In this document: one piece after another, positions 29,472-37,962 of the stretch
How positions within the stretch are numbered: the stretch's first letter is position 1
Layout of the letters: each line of letters begins with the position of its first letter
Source: a virus
Strand: one strand, 5' to 3'
IMG/VR virus record: IMGVR_UViG_3300045988_067569
DNA length: 64,000 nucleotides
Notes under the pieces: model-generated
What the model saw: the letters and a program-made list of their open reading frames with translations, nothing else
Databases searched by the model: none
What the model was told of the DNA's origin: nothing
Made by a program: the position numbers and the translations under genes

Positions 29472-29473
29472 AT

Positions 29474-29517
29474 CTGACTCATAATTAGCTGCTCTGACCT
29501 GGCTGAGCTATAGGTCC
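29474..29517 (-). tRNA. 5' half of the interrupted tRNA (acceptor GGACCTA, D-arm GCTC/AGCCAGGTCA/GAGC, then AGCTAATTATGAGTCAG)
   Basis: acceptor is the exact complement of the 3' half at 28739-28745; its 3' end carries ATTATGAGTC, the complement of GACTCATAAT in the 3' half. Confidence 0.5.
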
Positions 29518-29595
29518 GATTTAGTCTCACTATCGTAGGACTATAAGCTCCCAACGTCCGACTGGCTACGGAAGGTTATTTACCGGTCTAATAAC

Positions 29596-29868
29596 CTATT
29601 CTACTGTTAGTTCCTGTTCGCAGACATATTCAACTAGCAATTCATCATTACCAAATACCATAATCTGCAATACCACAATTTCCGGCCCATCCTTACTTAG
29701 TCTTGGTCTACTAGAGAATGCATATTCTGACATAGGAGACCTAGAATGAAATCTTACGAATTTACTTCTAGGATGAGACCTCTGGATTATTCCGCTACTG
29801 GGAGTATTTAGAGATACTTTACTAGTTATCTCCCCAATATTGAAAGAAGTTACGTTAAGCATAAGCAC
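29596..29868 (-). CDS. hypothetical protein
   Basis: ORF track. Confidence 0.3.
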   Translation of the reverse strand: MLMLNVTSFNIGEITSKVSLNTPSSGIIQRSHPRSKFVRFHSRSPMSEYAFSSRPRLSKDGPEIVVLQIMVFGNDELLVEYVCEQELTVE

Positions 29869-30064
29869 TTATTGATTGACATTTAAATATTATAGTTTTA
29901 CCAATAATATCATCAGGCTTTATATTAAACTTAGAAAACTCCTCAACCAGCTCATTCATATCTTCTACAGAATATGTCTCTCCAATAACTCTCATATTAT
30001 CTAGAGAAGTTTGGAAGTTCTTCAGTAGCTCTGTAAGTAAACAGCTATTAATTATTACTTTCAT
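29855..30064 (-). CDS. hypothetical protein
   Basis: ORF track. Confidence 0.3.
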   Translation of the reverse strand: MKVIINSCLLTELLKNFQTSLDNMRVIGETYSVEDMNELVEEFSKFNIKPDDIIGKTIIFKCQSISAYA

Positions 30065-30383
30065 TTTACTATGATTTGCTCTTCAGGTTTTAACTTAGCT
30101 GGAGCATCAGAATGTAATTTACCACATCTTACACACCAACAAACTCCAAATGAATTTTCTCTCACTTTACATCTGCCTTTCTCACAGATTTTAACTACTT
30201 TTCTATAATTCTTCTTATCCATAATTATATAATTTAGAAATACAGCCTTACTACCCTTATGTTCCTAGTTATTCTTTAGCTAGCTTTAGATTATTACTAG
30301 GTAATACCGCAACGGATTTATTCAGCTGACTTTACCGCCTCTTGGTATGCAAGGCTAGGTCTCCCTAGCGAAGCTGTATTTAG

Positions 30384-30455
30384 TTGGGCTACCAGGACTC
30401 GAACCTGGACTCTCAGAACCAAAATCTGATGTGACTACCATTACACCATAGCCCA
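30384..30455 (-). tRNA. tRNA-Gln(TTG)
   Basis: acceptor TGGGCTA/TAGCCCA, D-arm ATGGTGTAATGGTAGTCACA, anticodon stem TCAGA/TCTGA with loop TTTTGGT. Confidence 0.8.
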
Positions 30456-30518
30456 GTTTAGCTTAACTATTCTCTCGAACCGTTAAGCCCATATTTACCA
30501 TGAAAAACACACAATGCG

Positions 30519-30595
30519 TGGGACGAGGCAGGATCGAACTGCCGCTATCGTCCTGGATTTTCAGTCCAGCGCTCTACCTACTGAGCTATCGTCCC
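30519..30595 (-). tRNA. tRNA-Phe(GAA) with an unusual 9-nt variable loop
   Basis: acceptor GGGACGA/TCGTCCC, D-arm TAGCTCAGTAGGTAGAGCG, anticodon stem CTGGA/TCCAG with loop CTGAAAA; variable loop GACGATAGC repeats the 5' acceptor region. Confidence 0.7.
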
Positions 30596-30601
30596 ATGTA
30601 A

Positions 30602-30841
30602 TTAGATACTCAAATCTAATACTTTTTTGTTCCACCAGTTAGTTAAATCTTGTAAAGAAAACTTAAATTCTTCCTCAAATTTTTCTACCGGAACAGTTTC
30701 ATCTCCTAATTCTATTGCCCATCTCCAGCAAGCTTCTGTTTCAGCTACGTCAATAGGCTCTTCCATTAACCAAGTATCATCCATAAGCATATCAAGAAAT
30801 GACTTATGAAGAGACTTAAAGATTTCAATTCTTTCTTCCAT
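30602..30841 (-). CDS. hypothetical acidic protein
   Basis: ORF track. Confidence 0.35.
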   Translation of the reverse strand: MEERIEIFKSLHKSFLDMLMDDTWLMEEPIDVAETEACWRWAIELGDETVPVEKFEEEFKFSLQDLTNWWNKKVLDLSI

Positions 30842-30857
30842 AACAAATTTTATTAAG

Positions 30858-30942
30858 CGGAGGCAGCTGGATTCGAACCAGCGGGACCCGAAGGCCCTCC
30901 GTCTTAGCAGGACGGTGGTTTAAGCCACTCACCCATACCTCC
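30858..30942 (-). tRNA. tRNA-Ser(GCT), type II
   Basis: anticodon stem CCGTC/GACGG with loop CTGCTAA, long variable arm, discriminator G. Confidence 0.8.
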
Positions 30943-31004
30943 AAATTGCGAAGGGGCTTTTGTTATACTTTACTATTGAAATTGTAAAGCCCCTTCGCTG
31001 TGAA

Positions 31005-32978
31005 TTACTTCACTTCTTCAAACTCAGTTGTTTCAGCTTTCTTCTCCTCCAACTCTTTCTTGCCGAGAACACTTTTCAGTGTATCAGCGAAAGGTATAGA
31101 GCGAAGCAAGTCGAACGCAGGATTCAAGTTCTCAGCAGTTTTAGCCATGAAGTTACCAGCGGTATTCTCGTTACCATAAACAGTAACCTGTCCAAGGTGA
31201 ACGTGTTCAAACATCTGAGCAGATGCTTCTGCAATACCTGTCAACTGGTCAACTGTCTTGTACTGAACCACCATTTCAGGAGTCAAGCCAGATTCAATCA
31301 TCTTCTCAACTGCCAAGGCTGGAGCCATTTCGATAGCTTGAACCTTATCAGCTTCTGCCATCAATGATGCTCTCTTACCTTCAGCTTCAGCAAGCAATTT
31401 CTTGCGAGTACCTTCTGCCTCTGCTTCTAACTGCAGTTTAGTAGCGTCAGCTTTCGCTTCTGCTTCTTTCAAAATCTTTGCAGCTTCTGCTTCTGCTTCC
31501 AATACCGCTTTGGCTTTAATTGCTTCTGCTTCAATAGTTACTCTCTCTTTTTGTTTCTGAGCAGGAACAATCATTTCAGCTTGAAGTTTTGCTTCCTCTG
31601 CCTTAGCAGCAGCTTCGTTAACCTCAATCTGGCGTTCTTGTTCTGTTTTGGCTACAGCCATTCTTGCTTCTACTTTAGAAGTACCAGCTACCTTTTCTGC
31701 TTCAGCTTGTGCCTGTGCAGCTTCTCCTTTTGCCTTTGATACTTCAATAGTTGCTTTCTGCTCAGCTACTCCAGCTTGCTTGTCAGCTTCTGCAGCCTTA
31801 ATTCTCTTCTGAGACTCATACTCTGCAGTAGCAGCTTCTTGCTCATTAATTGCTTTCTGAGTGTCTGCTTCCTGCTTTTGCTTAGCTTGAGCAATACGAG
31901 TTTGCTTCAGAGCTTCAGCTTCAGCTTTCTTAGAATCTGCTTCTGCCTTAGCTTTAGCTACATTAGCTTCTGCTTCTGCGTCAGCAGCAGCTTTCTTAGA
32001 AGCAGCCTCTGAAGCGGATTTCGCTACATTAGCTATTCTCTGAGATTCAGCTTCAGCTTTAGCTGATTCTGCTTGAGTGTTTGCACGAGCAATACTAGCT
32101 TCTTGTTCCGCCTTCTGTTCAGCGATACCAGCTTGTTTGTTCTTTTCTGCTTCTGCCAAGCGAATAGCTTTCTCCTGATTAATCTCAGCAACCTTTACTT
32201 CCTGTTCTTGCTTAGTTTGAGCAACTGTAGTTTCTCTTTCCTTTTCAGCATCGGCTACGGCAATCTCACGCTGTTTGTTGGTTTCTGCAATCTGAATATC
32301 TCCTTTCTTCTTCTCTTCTGCAATGTCAGCCTGTGCCTGAGCAAGAGCTTTAGTTGCAGCTTTCTGACCAAGATTCTTGATATAGTTTGCATCGTCCGAG
32401 ATATCAGCGTTGTTAATATTGATAATACTGAAACCTACCTTGTTCAACTCAGTTTCAATATTCTCTTTTGCCTTGCCGATAAATTTGATTCTATCAGCAT
32501 TTATTTCCTCAATCGTCATTGTTGCCATCAAGCTTCTCACTTCACCAATGAGAATATCCTTGATTTGGTCTGAGATTTCAGAAGTTTTAGCTGTTAAGAA
32601 TCTGCTTGCAGCGTTTTGCATTAGTACTTGATCGGTTCCTATACCAGTAGTTAATGTCACAGGAATCCTAACCTTAATCATTTGGCTGGATACTCCCTCT
32701 ACCATTACCTGAATCTGAATAGGTTTCAAGGACATTTTAGCCCAGTCTTGAATGACAGGCATTACGAATGTACCTCCGCCGTGGATGATTTTAGACGGCA
32801 GTATAACTTCCTCCGTTTTACCAGTCTTCTCGTTAACTACCTTCTTCTTTCCTGCCTTACCAAATACTACCAGGATTTCATCACTAGCACACTTACGATA
32901 CCGAGACAAAAGTCCGATAAAAGTTACAACTACTAAGAGTACAATAACACCCGCTACAATAAGAGTTTCTGTTGTCAT
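31005..32978 (-). CDS. flotillin-like SPFH-domain protein with long Ala/Glu/Lys-rich coiled-coil repeat region
   Basis: N-terminal TM helix, SPFH/flotillin-like core, about 350 aa of AEAEAK-type repeats. Confidence 0.65.
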   Translation of the reverse strand: MTTETLIVAGVIVLLVVVTFIGLLSRYRKCASDEILVVFGKAGKKKVVNEKTGKTEEVILPSKIIHGGGTFVMPVIQDWAKMSLKPIQIQVMVEGVSSQMIKVRIPVTLTTGIGTDQVLMQNAASRFLTAKTSEISDQIKDILIGEVRSLMATMTIEEINADRIKFIGKAKENIETELNKVGFSIININNADISDDANYIKNLGQKAATKALAQAQADIAEEKKKGDIQIAETNKQREIAVADAEKERETTVAQTKQEQEVKVAEINQEKAIRLAEAEKNKQAGIAEQKAEQEASIARANTQAESAKAEAESQRIANVAKSASEAASKKAAADAEAEANVAKAKAEADSKKAEAEALKQTRIAQAKQKQEADTQKAINEQEAATAEYESQKRIKAAEADKQAGVAEQKATIEVSKAKGEAAQAQAEAEKVAGTSKVEARMAVAKTEQERQIEVNEAAAKAEEAKLQAEMIVPAQKQKERVTIEAEAIKAKAVLEAEAEAAKILKEAEAKADATKLQLEAEAEGTRKKLLAEAEGKRASLMAEADKVQAIEMAPALAVEKMIESGLTPEMVVQYKTVDQLTGIAEASAQMFEHVHLGQVTVYGNENTAGNFMAKTAENLNPAFDLLRSIPFADTLKSVLGKKELEEKKAETTEFEEVK

Positions 32979-32993
32979 CTTTAAAAATTCTTT

Positions 32994-33521
32994 TTAGTTA
33001 AAATAATACTTTCCATTCTCAAATTTTGAAATTCTCACTTTGTCCCCGTTTTTATACGTCTTATGCTCTTCTTCAGCATAAGCTGACAATTCTTGAAGCA
33101 TTCCATTTATCTCAACTAAGATAACAGAACTACCACCAGAAATATCATTAGGGATAGTGATTGTTCCAATTCTCCCAACTAAGGCTTCACCCTTTTCAGG
33201 AATAACTTGATGTTGGAGTTTTAAACAAAGTTTATATAAGTAGTAAAGTATAACCACAAAAAGAATACCGCATATTAATGCGATTAAATAATCGTACCAT
33301 TCTATAGAATGAGAAACGGAATGCTTAATACAAAGCCATCCACTTGCTCCCATTACAAAATGTACTAGTCCTTTAAAAGAGACAATATCACTCACATCCA
33401 TGTCCAATTCTCCATCTAAATCTACATCTAAGTCAGTGTCGCCACCAAACCAAGAGAGTATGAACTGAACAATAAAAATGCCATACGAAATGGCTGCTAA
33501 GAGATAATAAGTTTCGCTCAT
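32994..33521 (-). CDS. NfeD-like membrane protein (typical operon partner of SPFH/flotillin proteins)
   Basis: N-terminal TM helices plus a C-terminal soluble domain; sits immediately downstream of the flotillin-like gene. Confidence 0.55.
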   Translation of the reverse strand: MSETYYLLAAISYGIFIVQFILSWFGGDTDLDVDLDGELDMDVSDIVSFKGLVHFVMGASGWLCIKHSVSHSIEWYDYLIALICGILFVVILYYLYKLCLKLQHQVIPEKGEALVGRIGTITIPNDISGGSSVILVEINGMLQELSAYAEEEHKTYKNGDKVRISKFENGKYYFN

Positions 33522-33736
33522 TGTAATTTACATAACCCTCCTTGAGTCGTATTATGAAGTACGTAATACACTCTCCCAGGAACGGAGACTCTATAGACAT
33601 TCATGTGACTATTAGGGTCGGTATATACCTTTATAACCGAAAAATGATTTCGGTCTTCCCTAGAAGTAAACGAACAACAGACTGCCGTAACTATTGCTAC
33701 AACAGCCATCATACAAATTAATCTAATTCTCTTCAT
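33518..33736 (-). CDS. small secreted hypothetical protein
   Basis: ORF track; signal-like N-terminus. Confidence 0.3.
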   Translation of the reverse strand: MKRIRLICMMAVVAIVTAVCCSFTSREDRNHFSVIKVYTDPNSHMNVYRVSVPGRVYYVLHNTTQGGLCKLQ

Positions 33737-33759
33737 AAGTTTTTAGTTATTGATATTTG

Positions 33760-33832
33760 CATAGGATAAAGGATTCGAACCCTTACCTTCGATTTTGGAG
33801 ACCGACGTGCTAACCGTTAACACCAATCCTAT
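33760..33832 (-). tRNA. tRNA-Trp(CCA)
   Basis: anticodon stem TCGGT/ATCGA with loop CTCCAAA; D-arm GTGT/TAACGGTTA/GCAC. Confidence 0.75.
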
Positions 33833-33841
33833 AGTTAATTG

Positions 33842-33930
33842 CGGAAGGACAGGGATTCGAACCCTGGGGACGTTTTACCGCCCGACGGTTTTCAAGACCG
33901 TTGCATTAAACCTGACTCTGCCACCCTTCC
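33842..33930 (-). tRNA. tRNA-Ser(TGA), type II
   Basis: anticodon stem ACGGT/ACCGT with loop CTTGAAA, long variable arm, discriminator G. Confidence 0.8.
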
Positions 33931-34026
33931 AAAGGGCTAACCAATTAGTTAGCCTAACATACATCCAAGAAGCAATAATACACAGAATATAGCTAGAATA
34001 CACCAGCCTATAGCCTGGACTGCTCC

Positions 34027-34287
34027 TCAGCCAAATACACAAATCATAGAAGAAATAAAGAATACTGCGCCACCGACTACACTTATCCATCCGCCAGCAT
34101 CTTCATCGTCTTTAGATAGTTTTCCTCTTCCAGTTATTAGTAAAAATAGAGATATTCCTAGCAGTAGTATACCTATTACGACTCCAGCTATCTCCTTATA
34201 TAGTAATTTCCATACTACAATAGTTATCGCTGTTTGTCCTAGATTAGATTCAGATATTCTTATAGCCGAATCTTCAACTGCCTTCAA
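34027..34287 (-). CDS. small membrane protein
   Basis: ORF track. Confidence 0.3.
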   Translation of the reverse strand: MKAVEDSAIRISESNLGQTAITIVVWKLLYKEIAGVVIGILLLGISLFLLITGRGKLSKDDEDAGGWISVVGGAVFFISSMICVFG

Positions 34288-34506
34288 AGTTTCATTAACG
34301 GCTACTCCAATCTCCTTACCGAGATTTGCATACTCAGAAACTTCCTTGATTTCACCCTTTATAGCCTTCTCTGTTGTTATCTTCTCAATTTGAGTTCTAG
34401 TCTCATTGGGTAACTTATCATAATCTTCCTGAGATATAGTTATCTGAGAAAATGCTTGCTACGCTCATCCAGAGCATAGCAAGCATAATTACAAGGAACT
34501 TTTTCA

Positions 34507-35067
34507 TTAGTCAAGCCATTCAAATTCTTCACCCTTGAAATGTCTTGCAAAACAAGCATCGAACACTAGCTTTCCAAACTGGGTTGATACGTATTTGGCA
34601 ATCTCTTCAGATTTGCACGCAAGCATCCCGACAAGGGAATAGGCAAAGCCGACGCCAGAGTCAGAATCGAAAGAGCCGAGACCCGCACCGCCGCCAGTAG
34701 CCGCGGGGCCGCCCACCAACGCGAATTTCTCGCCCTGATAACGGAAGTGACCAATGACTTCTGCATCCTTCGGAACTGATTTCATTCTAAAGAAGCGAAC
34801 CCAGGGATACCATATAGTACCAGTTAACAGATTGAACTTGTGACCTTCATTTAGCGCATCCAAGACTGTCTGCAACTTAGCTAGAGAATTTACAGATCTA
34901 TTGTAGTAAATAGTATCTCTAGTAACACACCCTAGATAGTTTACAGCATCCTCATAGGTTCTTATCCGTCCCATAATGTTTTCTGGAACGATTTCAACAT
35001 TGCCAGTTTCGGCATTATAGATGGGTTTATAACCATCTGGACATTCAATTTCAATTGTCTTTTTCAT
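34507..35067 (-). CDS. remote DGR target protein (C-terminal variable region)
   Basis: the C-terminal FALVGGPAATGGGAGLGSFDSDSGVGFAYSLVG region is encoded by a GC-rich segment that matches the template repeat except at template adenines. Confidence 0.6.
   Translation of the reverse strand: MKKTIEIECPDGYKPIYNAETGNVEIVPENIMGRIRTYEDAVNYLGCVTRDTIYYNRSVNSLAKLQTVLDALNEGHKFNLLTGTIWYPWVRFFRMKSVPKDAEVIGHFRYQGEKFALVGGPAATGGGAGLGSFDSDSGVGFAYSLVGMLACKSEEIAKYVSTQFGKLVFDACFARHFKGEEFEWLD
34627..34722 (-). repeat. DGR variable repeat VR2 (remote, opposite strand to the template repeat)
   Basis: about 95-bp match to the template repeat at 62391-62490; every mismatch sits at a template adenine. Confidence 0.7.
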
Positions 35068-35096
35068 TCGTTATAATATTTAATAAAACATGATTA

Positions 35097-35171
35097 GGGT
35101 GTTATAGCGGACTCGAACCGCTGACCTCTACAGCCACAATGTAGCGTTCTGCCAACTGAACTAATAACACC
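35097..35171 (-). tRNA. tRNA-His(GTG)
   Basis: anticodon stem CTACA/TGTAG with loop TTGTGGC; discriminator C73. Confidence 0.8.
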
Positions 35172-35177
35172 ATCAAA

Positions 35178-35642
35178 TTATTCGAATAGCGGCAGCAACT
35201 TCTTTCCTAGTATCTTCACCGCTTTCTGTACATCAGCTACAGTTCTAAAATAAACAACACCTGGATATTTTACGTTTTGATGCATAACGACGTACACTCC
35301 TTTTATATCAGTTTCCGTCTTTCCAGATAGAGAAGAACCCCTTCCAAGAAAATAGCCAGTATTACCTTCTGTTTTGATCCATCCTTTATTTAGATAGTTA
35401 GCAACTATTTGTAAACTAGCTAGAGAACTGAGTTGTTCTGTCATGCTTGGAGGACATACTAATGTATTCCAAAAACCATAATCTTCTTCAGACTCTACTA
35501 TCTCTTTAAAGGAAGGAATTAGCATTTCCTCACTAAATGCAGTAAGAGCTAATTTCTTCAAGTCTTCATTACCGCTTTCATACCATTCGCGTGCCTGCTC
35601 TAAAGTTACCTCAAGATAGGCTTTTGTCTTAATTCTATTCAT
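35178..35642 (-). CDS. hypothetical protein
   Basis: ORF track. Confidence 0.4.
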   Translation of the reverse strand: MNRIKTKAYLEVTLEQAREWYESGNEDLKKLALTAFSEEMLIPSFKEIVESEEDYGFWNTLVCPPSMTEQLSSLASLQIVANYLNKGWIKTEGNTGYFLGRGSSLSGKTETDIKGVYVVMHQNVKYPGVVYFRTVADVQKAVKILGKKLLPLFE

Positions 35643-35890
35643 TTTTGTTTATTAGTTTTTAATGGACACCAATCCGGAATTAATACCCTTTCGTAAGGTC
35701 TTAACATTCCTTCAATTAGTTTATTCTCAGACTCCTTACAGAGCGCTTTCTCGTCGTCATCATTGAACCAGTCATTAGGATCTGGGTCAGGAACAATTAA
35801 GCAGTGCGGACATTCTCTACACTGCTTAATTTCTTTTTGAAATACTACACTAGTACCAGATTTCTGGTAAGTATCCTTCTCCGTACTCAT
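35639..35890 (-). CDS. small zinc-ribbon protein
   Basis: CRECPHC...DWCPL motifs. Confidence 0.4.
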   Translation of the reverse strand: MSTEKDTYQKSGTSVVFQKEIKQCRECPHCLIVPDPDPNDWFNDDDEKALCKESENKLIEGMLRPYERVLIPDWCPLKTNKQK

Positions 35891-35896
35891 AATTTG

Positions 35897-36112
35897 TCAT
35901 TTTGTAATTTCTTTAAATTCGTTTATAACTGTTTTTATAAATGGTTTAATATCAAATAATAGTATTACAATAACAAATATAGTATTTATTACTGGTAATG
36001 CCATTATTGCGAGTCTTCTAACTGTAACAAATCGTTCATTTACTGCCATATAAAGGCCAACTATGTACGTGCTTATTACGTATATAAATGCTGAATATAC
36101 AAATATCATCAT
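35897..36112 (-). CDS. small membrane protein
   Basis: ORF track. Confidence 0.3.
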   Translation of the reverse strand: MMIFVYSAFIYVISTYIVGLYMAVNERFVTVRRLAIMALPVINTIFVIVILLFDIKPFIKTVINEFKEITK

Positions 36113-36130
36113 AATATATTGAAATTAGTG

Positions 36131-36214
36131 TGGGATTGGGAGGACTCGAACCTCCAGTCTCAAAAGAGAGCAGATTTACAGTCTGCGCGGCTACCAATTA
36201 CCGGTTACAATCCC
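36131..36214 (-). tRNA. tRNA-Tyr(GTA), type II
   Basis: anticodon stem GCAGA/TCTGC with loop CTGTAAA, long variable arm, discriminator A. Confidence 0.8.
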
Positions 36215-36427
36215 GAATCGACCTAGTAGAGAACCCTGGTTTCCTCATTTAAATATGACTAACCTATATGCAGTGGGTATACATATTTCTAAAATCCATA
36301 TCCTAGGTCTCGCTAATAGGGTTTTATTCATAGATAGATTGATAATAATCTATCCAATAGTCTGCCTGCATATCTTCGAAGATTTCTTTGAGTTCTTCAT
36401 CAGATAGCCCTTCATATTTGTCTTCCA

Positions 36428-36799
36428 TTATATCTTTCTCCTATTAAATAGTCTAAAATATTCGTCAGAATATACGCTGCATAAGTCCTTATACTTTTTT
36501 GGCATAGGATAATCAAAGTCATCAAATGCAGACTCTTTAATAAATCCATCATGTAGAGCCATATTTGCTGTGGTAACAGCAATATTACAATTACGCTCCT
36601 TTCCCCAGTCAACAATGTTACTCATAACACTATTAAAGTATTCTGTATCATTATCTACTTGGAGATAGATTTCCACTCTGCAAATTGCAGGATTTTTGAA
36701 TCCTTGTCTACCTTGTCTAAGAGTTATCTTAGATACGAAATTCAAGTCTAGCAAATCTGCTATTCTATCCTTAGCTACAATTCTAGAAATTCTTATCAT
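36428..36799 (-). CDS. hypothetical protein
   Basis: ORF track. Confidence 0.4.
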   Translation of the reverse strand: MIRISRIVAKDRIADLLDLNFVSKITLRQGRQGFKNPAICRVEIYLQVDNDTEYFNSVMSNIVDWGKERNCNIAVTTANMALHDGFIKESAFDDFDYPMPKKYKDLCSVYSDEYFRLFNRRKI

Positions 36800-36826
36800 C
36801 TTTTGGTAAGTTATTTTACATAATTG

Positions 36827-36910
36827 TGGGATAGGTAGGATTCGAACCTACTAAGCCTAAAGGCAACGGATTTACAGTCAGTCCCAACTCTCCATCGTTG
36901 GCGCTATCCC
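36827..36910 (-). tRNA. second tRNA-Tyr(GTA)-like type II tRNA (one mismatch in the anticodon stem)
   Basis: acceptor GGGATAG/CTATCCC, D-arm CCAA/CGATGGAGAG/TTGG, loop CTGTAAA, T-arm GTAGG/TTCGAAT/CCTAC. Confidence 0.5.
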
Positions 36911-37122
36911 ATAAAGCAATTAACAGATTTGTTCTAATTAACATAGCTACTACAATTCTTCCTCTTGGCACCCCAAGTCCTCTAGTAGCTAATAGCCGCA
37001 CTAGTGCGTGGTAACAATTTTAAGGGAACTCACCTCTGTTAATTGGAGTAATCAGGGATTCATCTAAAAGGCACCCTACAGTCCTAATTGCTGTACTAAT
37101 AGTGAATGTTGATTACTTCTTG

Positions 37123-37195
37123 TCTGGATAGCAGGACTCGAACCTGCGGTCTCTACATCCCAAATGTAGCATCTTACCAACTCGACTATACCCAG
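37123..37195 (-). tRNA. tRNA-Pro(TGG)
   Basis: anticodon stem CTACA/TGTAG with loop TTTGGGA. Confidence 0.75.
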
Positions 37196-37750
37196 ATGCA
37201 AACACGTGTTTCACAACAAATGTTTACTAGCGGAATAAAAGAAAAAGACTTCCCTATTAATAGGGAATTATTTCTCTATCTTAGAGAAAGTATAATTTAA
37301 TCTTTCTATAGATATGATGCAATCTTTTGCAAAGTTTATACCTTTTGTCTAATTATTAGCTGGAGGTTCCTCCCTAATAGTAATAGAATTTCTATTAGCA
37401 ACATCACATTCTGGAAATATATAGATGTTATGAAGGTCGCAACATATCATAATATCTATTTCATCCTCGTTGTATTTGTGAACGGTCCCTTTGTTATAAT
37501 TATTACTTGTTAAACTAAAGTTCAACGAGTTATTTACAGTTTTACTCGCAGTAGTTTTCACCTAAGTTCTGTAAAACTTGTTATTATAATATATAACAAA
37601 ATCAAATGGTAGATTGTCAGACATTGGTAATAAAATATCTAATCCATATTTTGATAATTCACCAATGGCTATACGCTCTCCTATTTCTCCGAGCTACTTT
37701 TTGTTTCTTAATTCGTCTACATTTATCATAGCTTAATTATTTAAAGTTGG

Positions 37751-37821
37751 TTCTCCCTAAGAGAGTCGAACTCTTGTCTTTCGATTAAAAGTCGAAAGCT
37801 CTACCGTTGAGCTAAGGGAGA
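37751..37821 (-). tRNA. tRNA-Lys(TTT)
   Basis: acceptor TCTCCCT/AGGGAGA, anticodon stem TTCGA/TCGAA with loop CTTTTAA. Confidence 0.75.
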
Positions 37822-37828
37822 ATAATAG

Positions 37829-37900
37829 TCTTTCCTTCCAGATTCGAACTGGAATTATCTGTTTAGAAGACAGAGGTTCTATCCATTGAACTAAGGAAAG
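37829..37900 (-). tRNA. tRNA-Arg(TCT)
   Basis: anticodon stem TCTGT/ACAGA with loop CTTCTAA. Confidence 0.75.
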
Positions 37901-37962
37901 GATAACTAAGAGTTTGCCTACTATTATATAGTATAATCTAGATTTCTCTTAGTTAAGAATTG

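Noticed and set aside
31551-32997. Plus-strand ORFs 31551..31739, 31776..32012, 32073..32573, 32410..32631, 32682..32936, 32752..32997
   Set aside because: Low-complexity Leu/Ser/Phe-rich shadow frames opposite the GCT/GAA-repeat coiled-coil region of the minus-strand flotillin gene.
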